Part shown: positions 1 to 12,500 of the stretch, one piece after another
Layout: each line of letters opens with the position of its first letter
How positions within the stretch are numbered: position 1 is the first letter of the stretch
Assembly (NCBI RefSeq): GCF_030144855.1
Contig: NC_082736.1
Span: 16,740,001 to 16,804,000 of the forward strand
Direction of reading: 5' to 3'
Source of the DNA: Hypanus sabinus
Lineage: Eukaryota
DNA length: 64,000 nucleotides
The notes under the pieces: generated by a model
The model's database searches: none
What the model was told of the DNA's origin: nothing
What the model saw: the letters and a program-made list of their open reading frames with translations, nothing else
Translations under genes and position numbers: made by a program

Positions 1-649
1 AACACCCCAGCAATAAATGTCAATAAGCCATTCACCTCTGAACTTTGGTCATATATGGTCTAATGAACCCCTCACTGCACCCATCTCTATTTTGCTGTGC
101 AGGCGCACTTCGACCCCTCTCTACTTCTTTCATTTACAATTTTTCTCCATATAAATAGTAGTGAATTTTGATTCCTCCTACCACATGCCATCACACTTAA
201 CACATTAAACTCCATTAACCAAGTATCCAACTCAACAGCTTCCCCATATCCTGTTATAGAGACCAAATGTCCAATCAGAACATGGCCATACCACATTCCC
301 CGTCATTGACAATCATGGATTCCTCACTCTCTGCACCTCCTCCAGGTCATTAATATCAATAGTAAGTAATGGAAGGTCCAGAACAGGTTGCTGGGACACT
401 CCAGTAGTTATGTCATCCCAGCCTGAAACAGACCTGTTATTCTCTCTCAGTATGATAACCAGTCAATATTAACACACTTCCATCCCAGTACTGAGATCTG
501 GTCTTGTGCACCAGCCTTTCATGTGGCACCTTGGCAAATGGCTCCTGAAAATCCAAAACCACAACTTCTCCAACTTCCCCTGTAAAGTCTCACAACTCTG
601 TTTGTCAAACATGACTTAACATTCAGTAACCCAGGTTACAGGGACAAAA

Positions 650-1200
650 ACCAGGTTCCAGATGGACAGGGTGGTGAAGAGGCTTTTGGAGCACAGGCCT
701 TCAGTCAGGGCACCGAATATAGAAGCTGGGATGAAATGGTGCAGTTGTACAACGCATTGGTTTGGCCGCATTTCATAAATAGTGTTTAGATTTAGTGACT
801 ATGCTATATGACAGGCACCATTGAGCTGGAAAGAGTGCAGGGGTGATTTACAGGATTGTTACTGGATCTCAAAGGACTGATTTGTGTAAAGTATTCCTTG
901 GAATATTGGAGAATGAGTGGTGATATTGTAGAGGTGTATAAAATTGTAAGGGGCCTGATTTTGGTCAAAGATAACAATGTTTTTGCCGGGGTTGGGGAGT
1001 CAGGAACTGGAGGGCATTGGTTTGAGATGAGATTTAATAGGAACCTGAAGCACAACTTTTCCACACACAGGCTGGTAAGTAAATGGAATGAGCTGTCAGG
1101 GGGAGTGGTTGAATCAGGTACATTAAAAAGTTACTTGGACAGGTAGATGGGAAGGAAAGGTTTTGAAGGATATGGGTCAAATGCAAGGAAATGGGACAAG
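650..1200 (+). mobile_element. Degenerate CR1 LINE 3' (ORF2 C-terminal) fragment
   Basis: Decayed homology to the CR1 ORF2 tail seen elsewhere in the window (LERVQ, VEVYKI, HNFSTHRLV, KSYLDR); boundaries approximate. Confidence 0.7.
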
Positions 1201-1881
1201 GAGGAGGATAGCCTTGTTCATAATGTGGTGGTGAGGGGGTTACTGACCATAAGCTCAGATGGGAACTTTGGTCAGTGTGGACCATTTGAGCTGAAGGGTT
1301 TGTTTCTGTGCTGTGTGAATCTGACCGTAAACCCTCTTGGCTTAGTTTGATGACATTAAACTTTTCTAAATGACTTGTTATTTCTTCACAGATTATAGAC
1401 TCCAGTAGCTGAAGTGAAGTTTACTGGACTACAGTCACCTGCTTTTTATCTTCCACGCTTCTTCAACAATGGTTTTCAACTCCACTGGGACCTTTCTGTA
1501 ACAGTGAGTTTTGACAGACTTCAATGTCTCTACTTTCTCTCCAGACTTCCTGTGAAATCCTCCAGTGCAGGTCATTGGGACCTGGCAATGTTTGCTTTTA
1601 GTCCCATTAGTTTCTCCCTCCTGATGGTGATTGTTACACATTATTGCATAATGTTGAAAACCATATAACATATAAACCATATAACAAACACAGCACGGAA
1701 ACAGGCCATCTTGGCCCTCCTAGTCCGTGCCGAACCCTTAATCTCACCTAGTCCCACCTACCCGCACTCAGCCCATAACCCTCCACTCCTTTCCTGTCCA
1801 TATACCTATCCAATTTTACCTTAAATGACACAACTGAACTGGCCTCTACTACTTCTACAGGAAGCTCATTCCACACAGCTA

Positions 1882-4721
1882 TCACTCTCTGAAATACCCC
1901 CTCGTGTTTCCCTTAAACTTCTGCCCCCTAACTCTCAAATCATGTCCTCTCGTTTGAATCTCCCCTACTCTCAATGGAAACAGCCTGTTCACGTCAACTC
2001 TATCTATCCCTCTCAAAATTTTAAATACCTCGATCAAATCCCCCCTCAACCTTCTACGCTCCAATGAATAGAGACCTAACTTGTTCAACCTTTCTCTGTA
2101 ACTTAATTGCTGATACCCAGGTAACATCCTAGTAAATCGTCTCTGCACTCTCTCTAATTTATTGATATCTTTCCTATAATTCGGTGACCAGAACTGCACA
2201 CAATATTCCAAATTTGGCCTTACCAATGCCTTGTACAACTTTAGCATTACATCCCAACTTCTGTACTCAATGCTTTGATTTATAAAGGCCAGCGTTCCAA
2301 AAGCCCTCTTCACCACCCTATCTACATGAGACTCCACTTTCAGGGAACTATGCACAGTTATTCCTAGATCTCTCTGTTCCTCTGCATTCCTCAATGCCCT
2401 ACCATTTACTCTGTATGTTCTATTTGGATTATTCCTGCCAAAATGTAGAACCTCACACTTCTCAGCATTAAATTCCATCTGCCAACGTTCAGCCCATTCT
2501 TCTAACCGGCATAAATCTCCCTGCAAGCTTTGAAAATCCACCTCATTATCCACAACACCTCCTACCTTAGTATCATCGGCATACTTACTAATCCAATTTA
2601 CCACCCCATCATCCAGATCATTTATGTATATTACAAACAACATTGGGCCCAAAACAGGTCCCTGAGGCACCCCGCTAGTCACCAGCCTCCATCCCGATAA
2701 ACAATTATCCACCACTACTCTCTGGCATCTCCCATCGAGCCACTGTTGAATCCATTTTATTACTCCAGCATTAATACCTAACGACTGAACCTTCTTAACT
2801 AACCTTCCATGTGGAACTTTGTCAAAGGCTTTGCTGAAGTCCATATAGACTACATCCACTGCCTTACCCTCGTCAACATTCCTCGTAACTTCTTCAAAAA
2901 ATTCAATAAGGTTTGTCAAACATGACCTTCCACGCACAAATCCATGCTGGCTACTTCTAATCAGATCCCGTCTATCCAGATAATTATAAATACTATCTCT
3001 AAGAATACTTTCCATTAATTTTCCCACCACTGATGTCAAACTGATAGGTCTATAATTGCTAGGCTTCCTTCTAGAACCCTTTTTAAACAATGGAACCACA
3101 TGAGCAATACGCCGATCCTCCGGCACAATCCCCGTTTCTAATGACATATTAAAGATCTCTGTCAGAGCTCCTGCTATTTCTACACAAACTTCCCTCAAGG
3201 TCCTGGGGAATATCCTGTCAGGACCCGGAGATTTATCCACTTTTAAATTTCTTAAAAGCGCCAGTACCTCCACCTCTTTAATTGTCATAGGTTCCATAAC
3301 TTCCTTACTTGTTTCCCACACCTTAGACAATTCAATATCCTTCTCCTTAGTGAATACCGAAGAGAAGAAATCATTCAAAATCTCTCCCATCTCCTTCGGT
3401 TCCACACGTAGCTGACCACTCTGATTCTCTAAGGGGCCAATTTTATCCCTCACTATCCTCTTGCTTTTAATATAACTGTAGAAACCTTTCGGATTTACTT
3501 TCACCTTATTTGCCAAACCAACCTCGTATCTTCTTTTAGCTTTTCTAATCTCTTTCTTAAGATTCCTTTTACATTCTTTATATTCCTCGAGCAATTCCTT
3601 TACTCCATGCTGCCTATATCTATTGTAGACATCCCTCTTTTTCTGAACCAAATTTCTAATATCCCTTGAAAACCATGGTGCTCTCAAACCTTTAACCTTT
3701 CCTTTCACCCTAACAGGAACAGGATTCTGTACCCTCATAATTTCACCCTTAAATGACCTCCATTTCTCTATTACATCCTTCCCATAAAACAACTTGACCC
3801 AATCCACTCTCTAAATCCCTTCGCATCCCCTCAAAGTTAGCCTTTCTCCAATCAAAAATCTCAACTCTAGGTCCAGTCCTGTCCTTCTCCATAATTATAT
3901 TGAAGCTAATGCTATTGTGATCACTGGACCCGAAGTGTTCCCCAACACATACATCTGTCAGCTGACCTATCGCATTCCCTAACAGGAGATCCAACACTGC
4001 CCCATCTCTAGTCGGTACTTCTATGTATTGTTGCAAAAAAACTATCCTGCACACATTTCACAAACTCTAAACCATCCAGCCCTTTTACAGAATGAGCTTC
4101 CCAGTCTACGTGTGGAAAATTAAAATCTCTCACAATCACCACCTTGTGTTTACTACAAATATCTGCTATCTCCTTACACATTTGCTCTTCCAACTCACGC
4201 GCCCCATTAGGTGGCCTAAAATACACTCCTATCAGTGTTACTGCACCTTTCCCATTCTTCAATTCCACCCAAATGGCCTCCCTAGAGGAGCTCTCTAATC
4301 TATCCTTCCAAAGCACCGCCATAAGATTTTCTCGGACAAGCAATGCAACACCTCCTCCTCTGGCCCCTCCTACTCTATCACACCTGAAGCAACTAAATCC
4401 AGGAATATTTAGTTGCCAATCACACCCTTCCTGCAACCATGTTTCACTAATAGCTACAACATCATAATTCCAGGTATCAATCCACGCTTTAAGCTCATCC
4501 ACCTTTCTTACAATGCTCCTAGCATTAAAATAGATACATTTAAGATTCTCTCCATCTCCTCCTCTCTTTCCATCCCTAACAATGCATTCAAATTTATTAT
4601 CCTTTTCTTTCTTCTCCCCTACATCTTTGGGCTGAGCGCATCCCTTCTCCATCACCTGCCTTTCCTCCCTCACACACTGTCTATTTACTTGCTCCACTGG
4701 TGAACTAACCTCCTCTCCCAT
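1882..4721 (-). pseudogene. CR1 ORF2p (APE endonuclease + reverse transcriptase), frameshifted
   Basis: EN motifs YFNARS, ISETW, DFNFP, SDHN; RT motifs KSPGPD, YRPISLTS, DFSKAFD, GVPQG, YADD. Split into three ORFs by +1 in an A7 run (4035-4041) and a frameshift in a (GA)n run near 3808. Confidence 0.92.
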
Positions 4722-4756
4722 AGTCTCCTCAAATAGTCTCCCGCCCCCCCATCTTA

Positions 4757-5695
4757 CTAGTTTAAAGTCCGCCCTGTAGCCCTAGCAAACCTCCCCGCTA
4801 GGATATTGGTCCCCCCACGATTCAAGTGTAACCCGTCCTTCTTGAACAGGTCACTCCTGCCCCAGAAGAGGTCCCAATGATCCAGAAACTTGAATCCCTG
4901 CCCCCTGCTCCAATCCCACAGCCACACATTCATCCTCCACCTAATTCTATTCCTACTCTCACTGTCGCGTGGCACAGGCAGTAATCCCGAGATTACTACC
5001 TTTGCGGTCCTTCTTCTTAACTGCCTTCCTAACTCCCTATACTCTCGTTTCAGGACCTCTTCCCCTTTCCTTCCTATGTCATTGGTACCTACATGTACCA
5101 CAACCTCTGGCTCTTCACCCTCCCACTTCAGGATATCTTGGACGCGATCAGAAACGTCCCGAACCCTGGCACCAGGGAGGCAAATTACCATCCGGGACTC
5201 CCGGTCACCTCCACAGAAACGCCTGTCTGAGCCCCTGACTATTGAGTCCCCTATTACTATGGACCTCTTTCTTCTAACCCTACCCTTCTGAGCTACAGGG
5301 CCGTCCTCTGTGCCGGAGGCTCGGCCACTGTCACTCCCACCAGGTAGGCTGTCCCCCCCAACAGTACTCAAACATGAGTACTTATTGTCAAGGGGTATAG
5401 CCACTGGGGTACTCTCTAGTACCTGCCTCTTCCCCTTCCTGACTGTAACCCACCTATCTGCCTCCCGTGGTCCCGGAGTGACCACCTGCCTGTAACTCCT
5501 CTCTATCACCTCCTCACTCTCCCTGACCAGGCGAAGGTCATCGAGCTGCAGCTCCAGTTCCCTAACTCGGTCCCTCAGGAGCTGCAGTTCGGCGCACCTG
5601 GCGTAGATGTGGACGTCCGGGAGGCTCGGAGACTCCAGGATCTCCCACATCCGACACCGAGAACAACAAGCTGCCCTCACACTCATACCTCCCAA
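4757..5695 (-). CDS. CR1 ORF1p: zinc-finger/leucine-zipper N-terminus plus SGNH esterase domain
   Basis: CSRC..YARC and LQLLRDRVRELELQLDDL zipper; SGNH blocks IVIGDSIVRG, VHVGTNDI, DGLHLN; open frame of 312 aa. Confidence 0.88.
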   Translation of the reverse strand: MGGMSVRAACCSRCRMWEILESPSLPDVHIYARCAELQLLRDRVRELELQLDDLRLVRESEEVIERSYRQVVTPGPREADRWVTVRKGKRQVLESTPVAIPLDNKYSCLSTVGGDSLPGGSDSGRASGTEDGPVAQKGRVRRKRSIVIGDSIVRGSDRRFCGGDRESRMVICLPGARVRDVSDRVQDILKWEGEEPEVVVHVGTNDIGRKGEEVLKREYRELGRQLRRRTAKVVISGLLPVPRDSESRNRIRWRMNVWLWDWSRGQGFKFLDHWDLFWGRSDLFKKDGLHLNRGGTNILAGRFARATGRTLN

Positions 5696-6394
5696 ATAAC
5701 TGAAAATACAAGAACTAAAAGATAAGCCTACTGTGCCCTCTTATCGTTATATATCTGTGGGTGTTTGCTGTGTCCCCACTGTGAACACTAATGCAAATTA
5801 TTGAATTAACATCTGCCTTTTCCTTATTAGTTTTAGCTTTTGTCTCATCACTGGTTCCTGGAAAAATCCCGATCCTCTTTTCTAACTCCAACCTTTGCCT
5901 CTTTATATGCTCTTTGATTTAATATTTCCCTTGAACTCCATTGACCACAGAAGGTTCTTTTCTCTCTGTGATCCCTCTGTCTAATCGGGATCAACGTCTG
6001 CTGAGTGTTCTGTACAGTCTCCTTAAACATCACCACTGCTCATTACGGACCTGCCCCTGTGCCTATTTACCCCATCTACCCCAGACAACTCCACTTTCAC
6101 ATCACTGTAATTGCCTTTATTTCGGTTGAGGACATTGGTTCTGGACCCTGGTGTTCACCCTCAATCTGGCCTTGGAGTTCTCCCACTTTGTGACCACTTC
6201 TTCATGGATCCTTCACCGCAAGATCTCTCTGTATTCCCACCAAATTACACAGAGTACATCTGAAATGTCCTGTTCCTGGTTAATATCCTGCTGTAAGAAA
6301 CTGTCTCTGAGTCTCTGTAAGAAACTCCACAAATTCTTCTTCCACTGTACCAGTTTGATTAGTTTAATCAATACACAGACTGAAGCAAATAGAC

Positions 6395-7600
6395 AACAAA
6401 ATGCTGGAGAAACTCAGCAAACAGTCGACATTTCGGGCTGAGAACCTTCATTGGGATGAGAAAGAAAGGGACAATAGCCAGAATAAGGTGGTGGGTGTGG
6501 GGGAGGAGGACAAACGCGTGGGGGGTGTGGTTTGTGGAGGGATGATGATGTGAGGAGCTGGGTGACAGGCAGAAAAGGCAAACAGAGAAAGAGAAAGGAA
6601 TCCAATAGGAAAGAATGTTAGTCCATGGGATGACACAAAGGAGGTGGAGAACCCGAGAGAGTTGATGGACAGGTCATGAGGATGTGTGAGGAGAAGTCAA
6701 TGGGTTAAATGGCACCAGAATGGGGGAAAAGTCAGAAATAAAGGAGCAGTTTGGGAGCGGGGGGACAGAGAGTAGTGATTTCCAGAATTTGGAGAAATCA
6801 GTGTTCATGCTGTCGAAATTGGAGCCTACACAGTCAGAGTATGAGATGTTGCTCATCTAACTTGTATTTGGCCTCAGCGTAGTAGCAGAGGAGGCCATGG
6901 CCAGACTTGTTAATGATGGCCCTCTGCTGGGTCCGGGTTGACCATGGATATTGTACCTTTGCTGTGAAAGTCAATTTGCAAGCCAGGGTAGTATGATACG
7001 TAAAGCAACCTGTTGCCCATGCAGGGGCTCCTGCACTCCACATTGCTGATGAATCCAGAGCAACGGCAGAGACCAATGGGGTCAGGCACCAATGGTATCA
7101 CAGGATTGCCAGTCTGCATTGAACATATGACTGACAGGGAATCCAGCTCTGGATTGTTTCCCGGGGCTTACTCCCGAAGCCTTTCCCATGAATGGGTCGA
7201 GCCACAAGCCGGAAGAGATTTCAGATCATAATTTTCCTTCCACTAGAGGAGCTGCCAACCGTGGGTGAAAGTCCCATCTGCCCATGGCAGTTAGTTATAT
7301 GATGCCAGTAAACCCATGTAGACCCTCCCCTGTCACTAGAAAGAGTTTGTTGGGCTTGGTAGCTAAGCCATATGTAAAAGCCAGGAGTTGGACTTGGTTG
7401 ACAGGTAATTTGAAGCAGCAATTAATAGGAAGTGACAGCTTGTTCCCATTACCACCCCACCACTGGTTAAGACAGCTGTAAGGCACCGATATGTCAGTCT
7501 GTGAATGGGAAATGGAACTAGAATGTGTTGCCACTGACAGATTGTGGTTGTTGCTGCTCACAGAGCAAAGGTACTCGATTTAGTGGTATCCCAATCTGCT
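6395..7600 (-). mobile_element. Penelope-like element 3' remnant (GIY-YIG tail and terminus), interrupted by an unclassified repeat
   Basis: Minus-strand HGLLCYYAEAKYKLDEQHLIL and MNTDFSKF match the PLE endonuclease tail at 45318-45500; terminal motif ATGCTGGAGAAACTCAGCA. Confidence 0.65.
6910..7485. repeat. Unclassified interspersed repeat (second copy at about 39770-40330)
   Basis: Shared blocks GACCATGGAT, TTACTCC(C)GAA..TTCCC..ATGA and AGCTGCCAACC occur in the same order in both copies. Confidence 0.6.
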
Positions 7601-7762
7601 TCCGATTAAATCTCTCATGACAATCACATTTCCATTCTCATCTCTCTTTGATATTTCCCCTTTTGTGTTTTATCCCTTCGGGAGGAACACCTGAGCATCC
7701 TGAGACCACTCCCCCCTGTGTCTTCTTTCCCTCCCCTTTCACCAGCATTGTCCCTACATGTA

Positions 7763-9315
7763 AGGTACCTATGAAAAGTATTCGTGCTGCTTTATAGTTT
7801 TCATGTTTTATTGTTTTACAGCAATGAATGATGGTGGATTGAATTTGGCATTTGTTTTACTGATCAAGAGAAAAAGACTTTTGTGTCAAAGTGAAAACAT
7901 CTCCACAAAGTGCTTTAAATTACTTACAGATATAAAACACAAAATAATTGACTGTATAAATATTCACCCCCAAATCATCACTCTTATAGTTTTAGGAATT
8001 ACATTATCAGTTAAGCGGAGGTCACTGGTGCAGTCAAGGTGTCTCAATTGATTGTAGTAAAAATACATCACTGTTGGTAGTCAGTATCCTGGGAGAAACT
8101 ACACCATAAAAACAAATTAACATTCTGAGCAGCTCTGCAAAAAGGTAATTGAAAAACACAATTCAGGAGATGGATACAAGAAAATTTGGATATTCAGTTA
8201 AGTCACTCATCCTGAAATGGAAAGAATATGGCAGAGCTGTAAATCTGCCAGGATTAGGCCATCCTCAAAAACTGCGTGACTATGCAAGAAGGGGACGAGT
8301 GAGGGAGGCCACCAAGAGACCTATGCTAACTCTAGAGAAATCACAATCTTCAGTGGCTGAGGTGGGAGAGACTGTGTAAACAACAACTGTTGCCCAGATA
8401 CTTCACCTGTCAGAACTTCTTGGGAGAATGGCAAAGAGAAAGCCATTGTTGAAAAAAAGCTCTCATGAAATCTCACCTGGAGTTTGCCAGAAGACTCTGA
8501 AGTCAACTGGAAGAAGGTTCTATAGTCTGATGAAACCAAAATTGACCTTTTTGGCCATCACTATTAAACACGTAGTTTGGCGCAAGACAAACACTGCACG
8601 GCATCAAAAACACACCATCCCAGCATGGTGGAGACTGCATCATGCTGTGGGAATGTTTCACTGCAGCAGGCCCTGAAAGGCTCATTTACATTTACTCTGA
8701 AAGGGTAAAATGAATGCAGCCAAATACAGTGAAATCTTGGAGGAAAACCTAGTTCAGTCTGCAAGTGAACTCTGACTTAGGAGAAAATTCATTTTCCAGC
8801 AGGAGAATGACCGCAAGTATAAAATCAAAGCTACACAGGAATGACTTAAAACCAAAGTTAATGTCCTGGAGTGGCCAAGTCAGAGTCCAGACCTCAATCC
8901 AATTGAGAATTTGTGGCTGGACTTGAAAAGATCTGTTCACTCATGAACCACATGCAATCTGACAGGGCTTCAGCAGTTTTGTAAAGAAGAATGAGGAAAA
9001 TGTTTCAATTTTTCTTTGTCCAGATGTGCAAAGCGCATAGAGACCTATCCACACAGAGCCAACGGTAATTACTGACAAAGCTGCAATAACTGACTTGAAG
9101 GAGATGAATACGAATGCAATTAAATTATTTTGTGTTTTATATTTGCAAATAATTAGACCGCTTTGTAAAGATCTGATTTTCACTTTGACACCAGAGAGTC
9201 CATTCTGCAGATCAGAGTGGGAAAATAAAGCCAAATTAAATCCACTGTGAATCAATGTTGCAGAACAATAAACATGAAAACCTCCAAAGGAGACTGAACA
9301 CTTTTGATGGCACTG
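7763..9315 (+). mobile_element. Tc1/mariner DNA transposon, degenerate transposase
   Basis: TA-flanked imperfect TIRs (ta-aggtacctatgaaaagtatt ... aacacttttgatggcactg-ta); transposase relics [39 protein letters not shown] with many stops and frameshifts. Confidence 0.85.
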
Positions 9316-9524
9316 TATCCACCCCTTCACCAGCACGTTATGAACAAATCTACCCTGCTCCTTTCCATTTTGCTGATTCCGTGTGGAACATTAAACATGC
9401 AGGAATGTCAGATTCCCAGTCCAAGTCTCTGTAACCATGTCCCTGCAATAGCTGGTAGATCAAACATATTTGTCAAAACACAATATGGAACAGATGACAA
9501 CCTGCCCTTCAGTCCACAATATCT

Positions 9525-12500
9525 TATTACGAACCCAGTAACTGGGTCACTTACCAGTTAAGTCCGTTGAAATCAGATGATACTATTTTTAACAGTATTT
9601 ATTAGTAAAAATACACAAAAATAATATCAATGCAAATATACAGATAATATATGTCGTCAATACTAAATCTCAAAGTGCGGGTATAATAATAATCAATAAG
9701 AAATAAGCTCTATCGTTGTCTGGGGATAAATGTATTATCCAATGGAAATATAAAATTCTCTCAGTTCATGCAGGCTGTAGCCTTTGGGGACCGCTGGGTT
9801 TACAAAGGTTGGAGAGAGAGAGAGAGATTTGGGAGAAAAACTTGCCGATTTCTTTTATGATTTCGATCCGTCGGAGTCTCGTTGGTGTGGCCGTTCACTT
9901 GTGGCCTCGCCTTTAGCTAAGTCGTTCTTCCGTGGCGAGCCCGCCAATCCCAGGCAAGGGAAGGATGCACACAAGTCCCCCACCGGCTGTCGCTATTGAA
10001 TGCTGTCACGGGAGTTCTAGCATTTCTCCTGGTGCGTCTGAAGGGGTTGTTCCCCAGACCCTCTTTTATCCTTACTCACGGGGTCTCAGATGTCAATCAG
10101 GTTGGGATGATGCAATCCCTCAACCAGCCCACTCTGGTCGTCCCCTGAGGGGCTTCAATGAATAGTACGGTACTCAATACACAATTCCATCTCCACGAGA
10201 CAATGGCCATTATCAGTGGCTTTGTTTCGCTGAGGCCAGGACACATTCCAAACCTTGTGGATACTGTCTCATTTCCTGGGTCCCAGACCCGAATTAATAG
10301 CGATCTTGCGATTCTCAAAAAGGAGGGGGGCAACTTTGTACCCTTCGGCCCCTCAGAGTTGTGGCACATTCGTAACACCCCCTTCCTTCTAAGATTTTTA
10401 CCAACAGGTAAAAATGAATTAATACAGAGACTTACAGGATTTCAGAATCTAACACAATACAAAAGAGTTTTTTTTCACTACAGTTATACGTTCAATTCAG
10501 CATCTAAACAGTTAGCGATTACATTGTCACTTCCTTTAATATCTTAACATCTTGTACCTTAATAAATTCTTGTAGCATCAGACTCCAATTTGATAACCAC
10601 CTATTTTTATTCCTTTCCTTCAGCAAACAAAAACTAAAGAGTTGTGATCTTAGCTTACGTGTATACTACAAAAGTTCATGCAAGTACTAATCTTTATGTT
10701 ACTTTCAAACTTAACGGTCAATTTTCCCTGGGGGTTGTCTTTATTATTCACATGCTTTCTCGAAATCCCTTAAAACCGGATCCTGTTATCTAACATGGCA
10801 TCCCGTCAACTCTCGCCCCTTTTCCAGTAAACTCCCACCTGATTAACTTGTATACTACTGTGGAATAAGCTTTTACATGCTCCTTTCATAGGAGTTATTG
10901 TATCAACAATGTGTTCCACATTTAGACCATTTTCCGAATTTCCACACAATTCTTTAATTTTAAGCAAGTTGTTAGTTCTATCTTCAGGACCCTTCATCCT
11001 ATTAGTTTTCAGTTTAAACTCTTTGTCCAAACAGCATTTCAAATTCTGCCTCTTCACAGCACTCTCTTGAATATCAATAGTGTGTGGGGTACCTTTACAT
11101 TCCAAATCAACCTGTAATTGATTCACAGGCACTGTGTTACCAAGCCATGGTCTCTGTAGCCTGGTTGCTGCTTCTGACATCAATCCAGACTTTAAATTTT
11201 CTTCATTCAATTTAGGAAGTACACTTTTCCCTTTTCCTTCAATAATAAGATTCACATCACCACCTTTTATCTCCTCACTAAGTTTTAACACACCTTCGAA
11301 CACAAACAACTGGGAATTCTCACTTCCCACTAGTACCAAGGTACTTCACTTCACTACAAGGTACTTCACCTTTCTTCACCGAACCAAGTCCATCTGACCC
11401 ACAAGGACTTCATTCCTTTTCAACTGAATCAAATACCTCAGACTTTTCCGGAGTTTCATTACTTGGTTCAGTACCACGTGCATCCACATCTTGAACACAC
11501 TCAAATGGGACATCTGCCTCTTCCAGGCTTTCAATACCTGTACGCCTTACAAATTCTAAATTCCCGTGATCCACCCAGTTACTCTCTGTGCAACTCCCTT
11601 CCAGAGTAAACTCAACCCCGTGGGCTGAAACAACCCCATCTGCCAACCCAGCAGACTTCTTCAAGGTAATGGCATCCTTTTCATCTAGGACTGCCCTCAT
11701 TTCATTATCGGGAACACATTTAAAATTTTCAACTTCTTCAAACAGTTCTGCCAAACCAGATAGATCATCCATGTCCAACCCTGGACCTTTTAACAGCCTT
11801 ATCTGTTTCTCATCTTTACTCCGTGCCTCTATAAATTTCCTCCTGGTTAAGGGCAGGTCTACCTCCTTTCCCTTACTTTCACTTTCCTAATCTCCATTTT
11901 ACCACCCTCTAACTCCTCTTGGTACAGGGTCAGTAAAAACGTCTTGGCCAAATCGATACTGGCCGGATTTAAACTGGTCTCGTTCTCAGCTGCCTTTCTC
12001 GACATGCTGCGAGTGCGGGGTAAATCTTGGAATCTAGGTGCGGGTCCTCAACACTTACAGGCTGGCTCGTCAGCTCCATGGCCGACCAAACGTCACCACC
12101 AGCTAAATCGTTACCCAGAAGGATGTCTGCGTCAGTTCTCGGGAATTCTGATCGCACCCCTATTTCAACTGGTCCAGATACCAGCTCACAATTTATAATG
12201 ATCCTATGCAAGGGCACCGCTTCTGTCCCTTTTCCTATGCCTCTCAAAGCCAGCTCTCCAGTCTTGCGACCAAAATCCAGTACCTTACTGCGAATCAATG
12301 ACACCTCAGCCCCCCTGTCTCTCCAGATCCGCACTGGAGCTGGTGTGTCTCCCTCTTTCACAGACACGGTTCCTTCTGAAATACACTCTCAGACTCCTCT
12401 TGTAATCTGTCTACCTGGGGCTTTCTCGGCGATTTACTGATCACCACAATACATCCTGTAGGGTCTGCTGCTCTCCATTTTCCTGTCTCCTTCCTCGAAG

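Larger units (their letters stand above)
1661..5740 (-). mobile_element. Near full-length CR1 non-LTR retrotransposon (ORF1 + disrupted ORF2)
   Basis: ORF1 and ORF2 in tandem on the minus strand; 3' tail of CCATATAA-like repeats at about 1661-1685; a homologous empty site is visible at about 40815-40845. Confidence 0.93.

Noticed and set aside
1882-3807. 641-aa RT ORF as an active or domesticated gene
   Set aside because: Part of a CR1 ORF2 with two frameshifts, a 3' deletion and substitutions in conserved motifs (PEDRR, QGPVLGP)
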